Positions 1 to 13,200 of a DNA stretch of 64,000 nt are shown here, piece by piece. Source of the stretch: Lingula anatina (taxonomy: Eukaryota > Animalia > Brachiopoda); the NCBI GenBank assembly GCA_051362555.1, contig CM120645.1, positions 14,756,001-14,820,000 of the forward strand. The letters are read 5' to 3'. The notes beneath the pieces were generated by a model, which worked only from the letters and a program-made list of their open reading frames with translations, was not told where the DNA came from and ran no database searches. Position 1 is the first letter of the stretch; each line of letters starts with the position of its first letter. The translations under genes and the position numbers were made by a program.

Positions 1-118
1 AAATTAGACATTTATGTACATTGTTTTAATGTTTTAATGTGTATATACAACTGTTCACTATGATCAACTTACAATGCAATTATGTATTTCAATAAAATCA
101 TGTTTTATTTACAAATTT

Positions 119-268
119 ACTTGTTTATCACTACATTGTGCCTTTTTCCTTAGTAATTCTTTAAAATCTCCTACATGCCCAGGCCCGTTCTGTACTTGTT
201 TATCACTACATTGTGCCTTTTTCCTTAGTAATTCTTTAAAATCTCCTACATGCCCAGGCCCGTTCTGT
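119..268. repeat. Perfect 75-bp tandem duplication (2 copies)
   Basis: acttgtttatcactac...gcccgttctgt starts at 119 and again at 194. Confidence 0.9.
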
Positions 269-636
269 GACGTCATCCGTTACTATAGTGAAACGTAAAC
301 AAAAATAGGGAGTCTCGTTTGTTTACATTAAAAAAAATGTTTGTTTATTTTGTAAACATCCCCATTGTCCGGTATAGGTTTTCCATTGTTCAAATGATGT
401 AACATAACAAAAGAAAAAAGTGGAATTCTTTTCTCCCGTATAGTACGGATGTAACTACTCACACACACCTGTAGTGTGCCCACCACAAGCTCAGGAAAGT
501 TATTATTATTATTATTATTAATATTATTATTATTGCTACGTGGTGGGCTAACGCTCATTATATGCTTTTATAACAATAACAAAACAATTTTTGAGATCAA
601 TTTTCTATAAGGAAATATTTCCTTTATTTATTCCAG

Positions 637-1263
637 GAGCCATCTCATTCATAGGTACGCCATATTTTGCCCGAGTGTACCCAGGAGCGCCTGCGGGAAC
701 CCACGTAATCACCGTAACAGCAGTGCCATCTAGCGGCATCACAACCGGGCAACCGATACGCTACTATATTTCGAATAACGCTAACAAATATTTCTCTATA
801 GACCATACAAGTGGAAAAATCGAGGTGAAGAAATCATACTCTACTTCAAAGGGACAGCAGTTCATTTTCGACGTTATTGCCAGACAAGGATCCAAGATAG
901 GACAGACAAGAGTTTCTGTAGAGATATCAGAAGAGAATAAATACCCCCCAGTTTTTTCTCGTCCGTCTTACAACACTGTCGTATGGCGACGAAGTAGCGT
1001 CGGAACGACGATTCTGATCGTCAGTACGTCGGACAATGATACGGCGCCGTACAACCGACTCGTAAGGTATAGCGTCAACGCGACAAGCAGCGGGTCTTCA
1101 TATTTTTCGATAGACGCTAGAAGCGGAAAAGTTAATCTAAGGCAGCAGCTGCCGCAGGCACGAAGTGTGACACAAATAGAGGCCACTATAGTTGCCACAG
1201 ACCCAGGTGTGCCTGAAATAACAGCTTCTGCAACGCTGTCGGTCAATATTTCTTTAATATCAG
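637..1263 (+). CDS. Exon encoding two cadherin-like repeats of the adhesion GPCR
   Basis: ORF 591-1424 translation: [48 protein letters not shown]; boundaries ttccag|G and CAG|gtagg. Confidence 0.88.
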
Positions 1264-4200
1264 GTAGGTGCTTTCTTTTAGATACTAATTGTTTTTGCGA
1301 TAGAGGCATGCACCAAATTGCAGCTGTTAGCCCACTTCTCATGGAACAGAAATTAGAATTGCCTCTCATCAATTGTTTGTTGCAGATAATTTATTGGATA
1401 TTCCTTTTCTACTGTAAACAATGAGAAAAGTCTGCCTCAAACAAGTATAGCCTACTAATTTGTGTAATTCATTTTCCTCATGTATTTATTCCTCAGAACC
1501 AACACAACTGGAAACAAAATTTTCAAATGAGACAACAGTATTGTTGTGTTGGCGCGAGCCAGCGCATGGTTCACAAATCAAAGGCTATCTGGTGGAATAT
1601 TGGCCAATTGACAGCTACGATGCCAGGAGGTCCGAGACTGTAAGGGCAGACAAATTTTCCTCTCTCTACTGCACGACGGTGGGAAATCTGACATCTTGGG
1701 ACGTGTATCATTTTCAAGTATCAGCATATAACGATGATGGCTACGGTGTTCCAAGCGTGATTCCAAATGTTCCGACTGTTCCACGAGGTGGTACGTATTT
1801 TACCGTAGTTTGATTGTATGTTGAACTTTCATGTGTCCAACCTGTTATAATGGTTTTGAATTTTACTACTTTTACAAATTTGCGCAAACACATATATATA
1901 TAAAGGGTTTACTAAACTATATAGGTTATTGCTTCAAATTGACCAACGATAATAAGTACTAGTAATGTTTCTTTTTTCAAACGTTGTACATAGTAGGCCT
2001 ACATGTGAATTAATCAATAATACCAGTTTAACAGTATAGCTCTGAGCAACAACTACATATAGATGTTTTTCCTCAAATGAAACTTCACCTCTTATTTGTT
2101 TAATTTCCCTTTTTTTGCCAGTGTGTGGCCTCAAGCCCTGTCGTAACGAGGGTACCTGCGTCCCTGTCAGACAGCGTCCGGGATTCAAATGCCAATGCAA
2201 AGAAGGTTATTATGGGAGGATTTGCGAAAGGAAAACAGCATGTGCCTCACAGCCTTGTCTAAATAACGGCCAATGTGTCCCTTTGAACTTGCGAGGGCCG
2301 ACTTTGGGCGCTTCTATTACGGCAGCTTTTATCCTTTCATACAGATGCCGATGTCCGCCCGGGACGTCCGGCAAAAACTGTGAACACGTAGATGCATGTT
2401 TTTCTAATCCCTGCCAAAATCTTGGCTCTTGTATAAATCTGAAAAGCAACAACTCCTATGCATGTCGTTGCTTACCTATGAACTATGGTACAAACTGTGA
2501 GTTGTCAAATCACTGTCATTCCTCGCCTTGTAAAAATTCCGGAACTTGTCGGAATTTATCGAATTCGCCAAAACCCGATGGCTATTCTTGCGATTGCTTG
2601 CCAGGCTACTCTGGTTCTGAGTGTGAACTCTTTGATCCTTGTTTTAGTTCCCCTTGCTTGCACAAAGGTAGCTGCACTCCTCTAGGCGACAGATTTTCAT
2701 GCACTTGTCCTCCTGGTAAGATGCACATACAGTACCGTCATTATTTGCCGATACAATGCACACGACATTTTGAAATGAGGAAGAGTGTGACACAACTGGA
2801 GCAAAACGTGATGCTTGTTTTTGTTGATAATGGCGTTACTGTAGTTAAAACTTTGCACTTGACTGAAGCTTATTTAAACGCGTTTCTCTTCACTATGCCT
2901 ATTTATAATGTTAGATATTAAATAGATGCACCTGATTAGTATTTTTTCTCTGATGGCAATTCTGTTATGACATGCACTGCTTAAATACTCTCTTTACCCT
3001 CGACGCTTTTCTTTTCGTTCTAGATTTTGATTTAAGTTTCAAGTTATGTGTGTGAATTCTCTTTCCGCACAGACCATTTCACTAGTATATCAAACATTTA
3101 CAGTCGAAGCATTATCAGCATAATCAATTGTGCAATAATTGCCACGCTGATGACATTTTATTGTTTATTTGCAGGGTACTACAACGACACGTGTGAACTT
3201 ATAAACGCTTGCGAATTGCACAGTCCGTGCAGGAACAATGCCACGTGTGTGCACACAGACACGGCGGGTGACTACATGTGCACTTGCGCGCCGGGCTGGA
3301 CGGGGTTTAACTGCACGGACTACAACGCGTGCCTACTTTCTCCGTGCGCAAACAATGCCACATGCGTTCAAACTGATGGCGGGGCCTCCTTTCAGTGCAA
3401 TTGCCTCACTGGTTACTATGGCGACACGTGCCAATCGTTCAACCCCTGCGTGTCGTCCCCTTGCTTCGGGAACGCCACGTGTTTGAATACGACATCCGAC
3501 ACTTTCCAGTGTCAGTGCCCCGATGGGTACTATGGGAAAATATGCGACCAAACTTATAACAAGTGTGTTGGGAACACTTGTGAGAATATGAATTGTACAA
3601 TTGACAGTGGCAGGACCGAAGTCTGTTCCTGCACAGAGAACTACTTCGGTAACAACTGCCAGTACTTCGACTACTGCTCAAAGAATCCTTGCGAAAATAA
3701 CGGCACATGCCAAACCGAAAATGCGACATACAAATGCACGTGTATTGATGGTTACTATGGTAACCATTGCCAATTCCGCAACCCCTGTGTGATCAGAGGC
3801 TGTCTTAATGGCGGAAAATGCGAGAACGTGTCCCTAACTGATTTTATCTGCCACTGCCGAGACGGTTACAGCGGTGAGAACTGTGAGACTTATGACCCAT
3901 GTGCTTCGTCACCCTGCCAAAATGGCGCCCTTTGCAACAGGAGCAGCGACACCAACTTCACGTGCATCTGTGGGACGGGATTCTACGGCGAACTGTGCGA
4001 CCTTTTCGATCCATGTTCTTCGAATCCTTGCTCGGTCATGTCGACGTGTAATGCTACGTCGAACGAGAACTTTACCTGCGAGTGCTCTCACGGGTACTAC
4101 GGGGAACGCTGCGACTTCTTCGACATTTGCAGCATCGATGGACTCTGCGAGAACGGGGGTACCTGTCGGAATGCGTCCATTAACAATACCTACACCTGTG

Positions 4201-7200
4201 ACTGCCCTGCGGGATTTTGGGGTGAAGCTTGTGAAATGATAGACCCGTGCTTCACCGCCGACTGCAAAAACAACGCCACCTGTCGGGCGATCAATGAAAC
4301 CAATTTTGAATGCGCATGCGCTGCTGGATATACTGGTGAGAGATGTGAAACTTTCGATATATGTAGCAACGCCTTATCAGTCGTGTGTTTTAACGGTGGT
4401 GTGTGCACTGCTAGAGCTAATAGTACTTTTGAATGCAAGTGCGGTGCTGGTTTTTCAGGCAACCGGTGTCAGAATTATAATTTTTGTAGCTCGAGTGTGT
4501 GCCAAAATGGTGGAAGTTGTGTGCTTTATAACGTAACTGCGACCCTTCCACTTAATGCAAGTCTTCAATCAGTGATTGACTATGATGATGAAGAAGCATT
4601 TATAGTTAATTCATATAAATGCGCTTGTATTGATCCATATACCGGTCCCAATTGTGAGACAAACCTTGGTCATTGCTTCTCCCATCCCTGCAAATATAAT
4701 TCAACTTGTATGAACTTGCCTGGTGGTTATAAATGTTTTTGCTTGCCTGGGTATTCTGGGATCAATTGTGAAGACGAATTGAACAAATGTTTCTCAAGTC
4801 CATGTAAAAATGGCGCCACTTGCGTTGATCTCGTAGACTCCTACTCCTGCATCTGCTCGTCGCACCTAACTGGAACTCACTGTGAACATATGATAATCTC
4901 AGCAAATTTGACGGAAGTCGAACCCAATGATAATGCTACCATTATAAACCCTTGTGATTCTAACCCCTGTCTGAATAACGGCGCATGTGTACCCGGAAAC
5001 CAAAATCACACATACACCTGCACATGCCCGCTTCATTTCACTGGAAGAGCATGCGAAGAGATGGCGAAACCCAATAACGCTAGTACTAACGTCACAGAAT
5101 GCGAGCCTTGCAAGAACAATGCTTCATGTTTAATGACAGCAGACGGAGGCATAAATTGCGTATGTTCTGCTAATTTTACAGGCGAGAACTGCGAGACGAA
5201 GATACCCGAAGTTGTCGATCCGTGCGACGATTTGCCATGTTTGAATAATGGTACATGTACGGCAAAAGACACTGAACTGTATACTTGCGAGTGTCTAGAA
5301 CTTTATACAGGGGAAAACTGTGAGCTCAAATTTGTTGAAGACGAATTTACAAACCAAACCCAGAACGTTTCATCAACATTGTGTGCCTCAAATCCCTGTA
5401 AGAACTCTGGATCGTGCCAAGAGGTGGATTCCAGTTACGTTTGTGTTTGCATGCCCCCTTTTATAGGAACGGACTGTGAAAACACGACTTTTACCGCCAA
5501 TGGTACTGCTAACACGCCTAACGCCACCAAAACCTGTGACTCAAACCCTTGTAAAAACAATGCCACGTGTGTGCAAGAAAACGGTAGCTTCACATGCGAG
5601 TGCAGTAAAAGCTATGTCGGTGTGCTGTGTGAGACATTTGTAGTGGGCGACGACACAAATAGAACCCAAACTAACGTGAGTGGCCTGTGTGATACAAATC
5701 CCTGTATGAACAATGGCTCGTGTCTGGAGAGAGAGGGTGAAATCATTTGTGTCTGCACCTCTGGATTCCGTGGTAAAACGTGCGACACTCCTCTTTCAAA
5801 TAACAACGCCACTGATCCCAATAGTGCCTTGCAATGTGAAACGAACCCCTGTTGGAATGGAGGCACCTGTTTCCAGCTAAACCAGAATTTTAGATGCGAT
5901 TGTGTGGATGGATTTGCAGGGAAATTTTGCAACATACGTATGCCAACTCAAAACGAAACTGAGTCCAGCTGTTATCCAAGCCCATGTCATAATAACGGAA
6001 CGTGTGTGGAAACCGGAATCACTTTCCGTTGCCACTGCCCAAGAGGATTTGCAGGTCGTCATTGTGAACTCGCAAATGCTAACGGTTCTGCGGCCTGTGA
6101 CTCACTGCCTTGTATGAACAATGGAACGTGTACAACAACCGACAGTGGTTTTCAATGCCTTTGCCAAGAAGGCTTCACGGGAGAACGTTGTGAAGGAGAG
6201 AATGTGACTACTCCATGTTATTCCGGATATTGTCTAAATGGCGGAACCTGTTCGAATAACGGAACGGACGCACAATGCGAGTGTTTTTCAAATTATACAG
6301 GGCCTCGTTGCGAGTTATCAAGAGTCAACGCATGCGCGTCAAACCCTTGCCATCGGGCGGCCACCTGCTTAGAGGATGGGGCAATGGGATACACGTGTAT
6401 TTGCGCACCTGGTAAGACAGGGAGGAATTGTCATCGTAACATTGACTCCTGTTCTTCTAGCCCCTGCAAACATGCTGGCACGTGTGTAATAGACCCTTCT
6501 AACGAGACGTTCAGTTGCATTTGCCAACGGGGTTATAGTGGTGCATTGTGCGACAGATTAAATGATACACATGACGCATGCGCCGAACACACGTGCTTTA
6601 ATAATGGAACTTGTACAGTATTGCCTAATGGTCCGGTGTGTCATTGCCTACCAGATTTCACCGGAGAAGATTGCCAAATGCTCACCAACCCATGTGCATC
6701 CAGCCCGTGTGTTGGAAATTCTGTTTGTGAAATAGTAGAAGACAGCTACCGATGCTTATGTACAGATGACTCCACGGACCCCCTTTGTCGTGAAAATGAG
6801 AACCCTTGCTCATCCAGCCCTTGTCTCCATGGGGCCACGTGCAGCGTCCATAACAACAACACGTTCAAATGCATCTGCGCAGAGGGTTTCCAAGGACTCC
6901 ATTGCGATACTGAAACCGATCCTTGCTCACCATCCCCTTGTGTGAATAATGCTAGTTGTGTTAGAGTAGACAATATGACCACTGCTTTTAATTGTCAGTG
7001 CCAGCCAGGCTATGGTGGCGACCTCTGCCAAGATGAGCTAGATGAGTGCCTTTCCAACCCGTGTGTCAATAATGCTACATGTGTTGACGAGGTTGGCGGG
7101 TATGGGTGTCAGTGTCCCCCGGGGTATACAGGTATTTGCCTTTGTTTTGTGATTTTTGTCGTTGCTTGAGCAACTCTGATTTTCAGATGACTGACGGCGA

Positions 7201-10200
7201 TTCAGCTTCACTTTTAAAAGTTCTCGAAATGAACTTCTAAAAGACTTAAGAATTCTTCAAGTGTTAGAGTGGTCTACCTGTGAGGTAGACGAGACGTGCT
7301 TGTAACGTGGAAAAATTAATTCAGAAGCAACCTAAATATGACATCGAGTTGTCTCTGAATAATACAAGGCTCATATGTTCCGGTGGCTGTGCTTTGTACC
7401 CATCCACTGCAAAAATAGGCCCACTATATATTGGGCATGGTTGCCGTCAGTTATCTAAAACTCAGACTGAATATAAGTTTACTTGTTTATTTATTTTTGT
7501 TTGTTTGCTAGGGACGTTTAGCATAGTTAGATTATTGAATTGTGCATGCTTGTCCTCAGTATTCTGGCGCTGTTTTATGCGCTTTGAATATATTGCTGTC
7601 TGTCAAATACAAAGCATGAAGATACATGTTTTTGAATAAGGGTTGCATGAAAGCGTGGTAACAGCTGGTAGAAAAATACAAACATGCAGGTTTGCGTTAT
7701 ATTTGTTTCCAGTGCACGTTTGTAGTGTCACAGCGGGTATATAGTGTGATTTTAAAGTATATAAAAACTCCAGTCCTCCAGTCCAGTCCTTGTTAATTTC
7801 TATTTTTTAAAATTGCCGTAGTAGAATTTTAATTTTAATTAAAATACGAAGTCGCTATTACATGCATGCATGTGCTTGTGTATTAATCTGAAAAATCTCC
7901 AATAGGTGAAAAGTGTGAAAGCATCGTTGATTTATGTGCCTCCAACCCGTGCAGCGAAACGAGCCGGCGATGCACCCCGTCTCTCAATAACTACACGTGC
8001 GACTGCATGGCAGGTTTTGCTGGACCAGACTGCGCGGTTAACATTGACGAGTGTGCCTCCTCCCCCTGCCACCCCGACCACTCCACGTATTGTAAGGACG
8101 GGGTGAATGCGTACCTTTGTGAATGCAAGGCTGGATTCACCGGTATGCTTTGAGAATTCGTAGATATAAATATGTTAGACATTATATAATATTTTTAGAA
8201 GCTTTGGGCCTACTAACTCAAATATTTTTTTCTATTTGTTTATTTGTTGGCTCTTTGCATGGAAAAGTTCTAGACGTTGCATGAAAAGGCATGTTTCAGA
8301 ATAGTCACATCGAAGCTCTGAATGAAAAGTGGCCATGTTTGTTTACGTTCAGTGTAGTTTCAAATATAGGCAGCATGTGCAGAATAATCTGAGCCTCAGG
8401 TTTATCTGTATAGGACATAGTTCGTACATTTGCCTACATACAAGACAGTCCCTGTGGCCCAAATGGACAACGTAAGGTTATTCCAAACAGAAGAGTTCGT
8501 GTGATAAAAATTATTAAAAAAGACACACATTCAAACTTTTTTTTACTCTGTATCCCTCTTAATCAATTCTTAATCATAGATCTTACAAACAATTTACCTA
8601 TTATACTTTAGAATTAATGCAGGTAGCACTCATTTTTCTTTCCATCAGGTGCAAATTGTGAAATAGATCTTGACGAGTGTCGTTCGGATCCCTGTCAAAA
8701 TGGCGGCAGTTGCGATGACGGTCCTAGCGGTTACACCTGTAGCTGTCAACCTGGATACAGCGGGGTACATTGTCAGATTGCCGGTGAGTGAAGCAAAGGA
8801 AAAACTCGTCGTCAGTTCACCACTGAGCGTGGTCCCGTTTTACTAAAGAACTAAAGTTGATAGTTGGTTCGATCCTTAAGATTTATGTATTTAGCATTTT
8901 TGTAGTCTTTTAAAATACATTTGTAGTCTTTTAAAATGCGAATGTTTTTCATACAACGGTAACTAATGCTTTAGAGTGACACTCGGGTACATGTAAGTGA
9001 GGGTATTTCTGGATCAAACTAAGTTTTATGTTTCGATCTTCATTTTAAGTCCAACTTTTCTATGTTTCTTCGTTTTTATGTGCAAGCGACATTTTCATTC
9101 TTACTTTAGTGGGGTAGCATAAATCATACCCTATAGCCCAAAACCAGTGAGAGAATCCTGTTAGAATTTGTAATAGTTCTTTTTGTACTTAGTAGTTTGT
9201 ACTTACTTCTTTTTGGTCATTAATACAGTACAAGAAGCCTTGACGCTCTCAGCGATACCTCTCTTTTTCATCTTTAAACTTCCTGTTTCTTTTCCCAGCA
9301 ACATGCCAGAATGAGACTTTGATCAACTCAAAGGGCAAATTCGTATGGCCGAAATCACGTCACTCTCAGGGTGTGGTCAGCATCGAATGTCCTTACGGGT
9401 CTCCTGGAAACGGACAAGCAACACGCCGCTGCTCTGTTGATTCCTCAGGCATGGCGCGCTGGGAAACCCCACAGCTTGAACAGTGCAATGAGGTTTGTTT
9501 TAATTTTTTTAATTTTTAAATTTATTTTTAGAGGTGATTTATGTTCTGGTGGGGTATCCTTCAACCGTTTCCCTTCTCAAATATCAAATCCTTATTTCCA
9601 ACTTTAATTTTAGTCATTGCATATGTTGCTTTTGTAGCCGAGTCACTTTTCATCAAAAATCCTTTGGGAATGTCTTACAGACCATTTCTTTAAATTTTGT
9701 AATGCGGTTTTACAGTGTGGTATTTCGACGCACGCACACATACAAACACAAGCCAAACTTCACAAACTTTTTACTATAATATCTATTGTCCAGCTTGGAC
9801 CTTCGGGAGCCAGAGAAGTAGCCACCAAGACAGTGAACGCCACGTCCGTTCCGGAGAACCTAGCTCCAGAGAAAGTCTCCAGTGTGGCAGACGAGATGCA
9901 GATTGTGGTGGATTATGCCACTGTAGACATGGAAGTAAGGGGTGGTTGTTTTAATATCTTATATAATATTTAATATAATATTCATATATTATAATATGAC
10001 AACTTGTATGTGCCGTCAGACACGTGTTATTTCCCTGGGCGACAGGACGGAAAAGGAGGGGGGTAATCACCTGTAAATAAAAAATCTCTTGTGTTGTTTT
10101 ATTCTTGCTCAATTATTGGGCTTTCTTTTGCGTGGAGTTTATTGTTGTTTCTCGAGGACAAGGATTCCTTCTTATAATCAACCAACAATTTCAGATGGAG

Positions 10201-13200
10201 TAAGGCGCACCGATGATTAAAAATTGAAAATCTTTGAAGCAAAAAATGCAGTGATTTATTTTAATTAAAATCTGAAATTTGTTCAAAAAATACAGAATTA
10301 AAATTGGCCGATCGAGATAAAAAATGTATTTATTGGAAGAATAAAATGCATGAGACATGATACAAATTTATCAGCTTACTACTTATCTCGGATATTTTTT
10401 CTGTCAAACAGATTGCTAAGAACATGTTAACCACCATCAGTAACGTTATGGACGCAGACGAGGAGGTTTTGCACGAGAGCAACGACCAATCGCACGCTGC
10501 AGAAAGGTAAGCCATCTATTGTTACTTGTAGAGCTTCATGTAAGCCCCCCCCCCCCCACCCCACCCCCATTTGTGGTGGGCCTCTGCAAAGTGTGATACG
10601 AAGACGTGCTCGTAAAATGTCTTGGTTTGCCATTTTCACGTTAACGTACACGCCACAGGAAGGACAGTTTAAGGCTTCTCCCTTTAGACTGAAATCCATA
10701 TAAACAGCAGTATTTGTAAGTTGCTCATATACATCGTACAATGCTGTCAGTGAAATCCATTGTTGTAAACATCAATACTTTTTAAAAGTTTATGTTTATT
10801 CCCATTGCTTCAGATTGCTCCAAGTTCTCGAGCACTTTACAGAGAGCGTCAACCTTACCTCTGTAAGTAAAATACAGCTTGAGTCCAGCAACATTGCCGT
10901 AGAGGCCATGGAAGTCCCTCTTCCAAACAGACGGGGTCCAGAGAATTCTGAAGAAAAAAATACAACACGTGGTGGAGTCAAAACACAATGGGTATAGTAT
11001 AAAATGCATTTCTCTTCTTGCCTACGGTGCAGTCAAGCTGGTGTACATATACATGTATATAGGCCGTAGAAGATTTAATGTTTTTTTTTCCTAATTTGCC
11101 ATGAGTGTCGGTGGTCAGTAAGGTAAAGCGGTAAATCGCGTTTTAAATAAATGGTCGAGGTCGAGTTTTTTTTTTTTTTTTTTTTTTTTTTGACTTTTTA
11201 TTTTATTTTTTATTTATTTTTATTGAAGTATTTTGGACATTAATTCGCTCCCCTTCCCACTCGTCTTACGTTTGTGCGTGTAGCTTTCATTATTAGAGTA
11301 GCCTACATGTTTTTATTGTGACGTCGTTACTTTGAATTAAGAGAAATTGACTTTTTCCCCGCACGGAAAGTTGCTACTCAGTCACTGCATTCCTTCTTCA
11401 ATCGGTCATCATCCAGCCTCCTTATTTTTCTTTTCAAATCAGAAAAACACCAGAATGTTCCTTCCCACTGAGGTTTTTGAACAGTCCGCGTCCGAGGCTG
11501 AAAACGTCAACGCAACAACTACGCGGGTTTCGTTCGTCTACTACGCTAACAGCAAGTTCTTCATGGAACATAACCATTCAGTGGAGAAATACGGGTCCCT
11601 GGAGAACAGAGGGGTGGTGGCGGCCACTGTGAAGAATACACGCATTCTGAATCTCACGGAGCCAGTGGTTTTCACTCTTCCGAATGTGGAGGTATAAAGT
11701 TGTCATTTTCAGCGCGCTTTCAGTTTTACTGATAATATAAGATTGTTAGTAGGGCAATTAATGTTTGGAATTAAATTGATTCCTCGGGGGTAAGAACATG
11801 TTTATTTTATATCATATTCTATGACCCATCAAATGAGTAGTTTGGTGGGTCCTAGCCCCATTTGGTAAGAGTCGTTGTATAAATGGATTAAGAAGGGTTA
11901 TTTATTATGCAAGATCTATATATCGATCAATACAGAACGTAGAGGATTTCATTCATGATCTAACGTTAACCACTTATCGTTTCAGGTCGGTGCCCCTCAC
12001 ATATGTGCCTTTTGGAATGCCACAGGTATGGGGTGGTGTTCGAAGTTTACATTCTGAATTTATAGTCTCGGAATATGCTGAGAAAAATACCACATTGTCA
12101 AGTCAAGTCGTTTCACAATTTTAATCGACTAATCCTTTAGTAACCCCTATTTTTTTCTACAATCGATGTCACGCTTGTGACTTCCGGGTAAAGGCATTGC
12201 CAGTTTTATTTGTGCTGTTATATCACTTTATTTCACCATATGGGACAATACTACTTTAAAAACGATAAACCATACTCGCACTATGCCATCCTATTACTCA
12301 TGTGAAAAACAGCACTTACCGGTACTTAGATTTCCACTGCATCTTTTGTATTTCCATTGAATTTATTAGTTATGGGTGTTAACCAGAACTTGGACTGCAA
12401 ATAAAAAGTGCAATGCAATCTTTCAGCGAGAGTGTGGTCCACTGACGGCCTGGAGGTCAACTCGACGGACGAGAATTCCACCACGTGCTTTTCTCGCCAT
12501 CTGACCAACTTTGCTATCCTGCTGGTAAGTTATATTTATCAGCTTAAAGCCTATGATTATGAATTTAAATTGCAACCAACCATTTTTCTAAAGACAGCAG
12601 GCGGATGCGACTAATTGCCGCGAAATTCTCCTTTAGAATGGCTTTTGATTGTGCTATTGATGATTGTGCTTTGTATTTTTAATGGATGGGCCCTCAAAAG
12701 ATACCATGTAAAGTGTCATTACTTATAATCCGTAGGACCGCCCATTAGTGATAAAAACCTTGTAAGCGTGAAACTTGTTATAGACCGAGTTACTTACCTG
12801 AACGTAGATATGCTCTGTCTCATCATTGGTAATGTTATCGACGGCGGTTTTGTTATTATTTTCAACTTATGACAGTGTGAAGAGTTAGGTTTGAAGGGGG
12901 AATATTGAAAACTCGAGTAACTAACAAAAAATAAATCACAATTTACTTTTGAGAAAAATGACAAAGCGCTTGGTCTTGATATGCTTTCTGCGCATGCGCG
13001 ACATGCAATTTTTATTTTAATATATAATATTTTTTATTTATTACCTGACATATTGTTGATATATTGCTATCAAAATAATAAATCAATAAATGTTAACTGA
13101 AAACAATGTTCATTTGGTAAATATGTTCATTGATTGTATTTTTAAACCTTCGCAAATGCAAACCCATTCATGGATAGGTGGCCTTTCTTCAGCTATTGCG

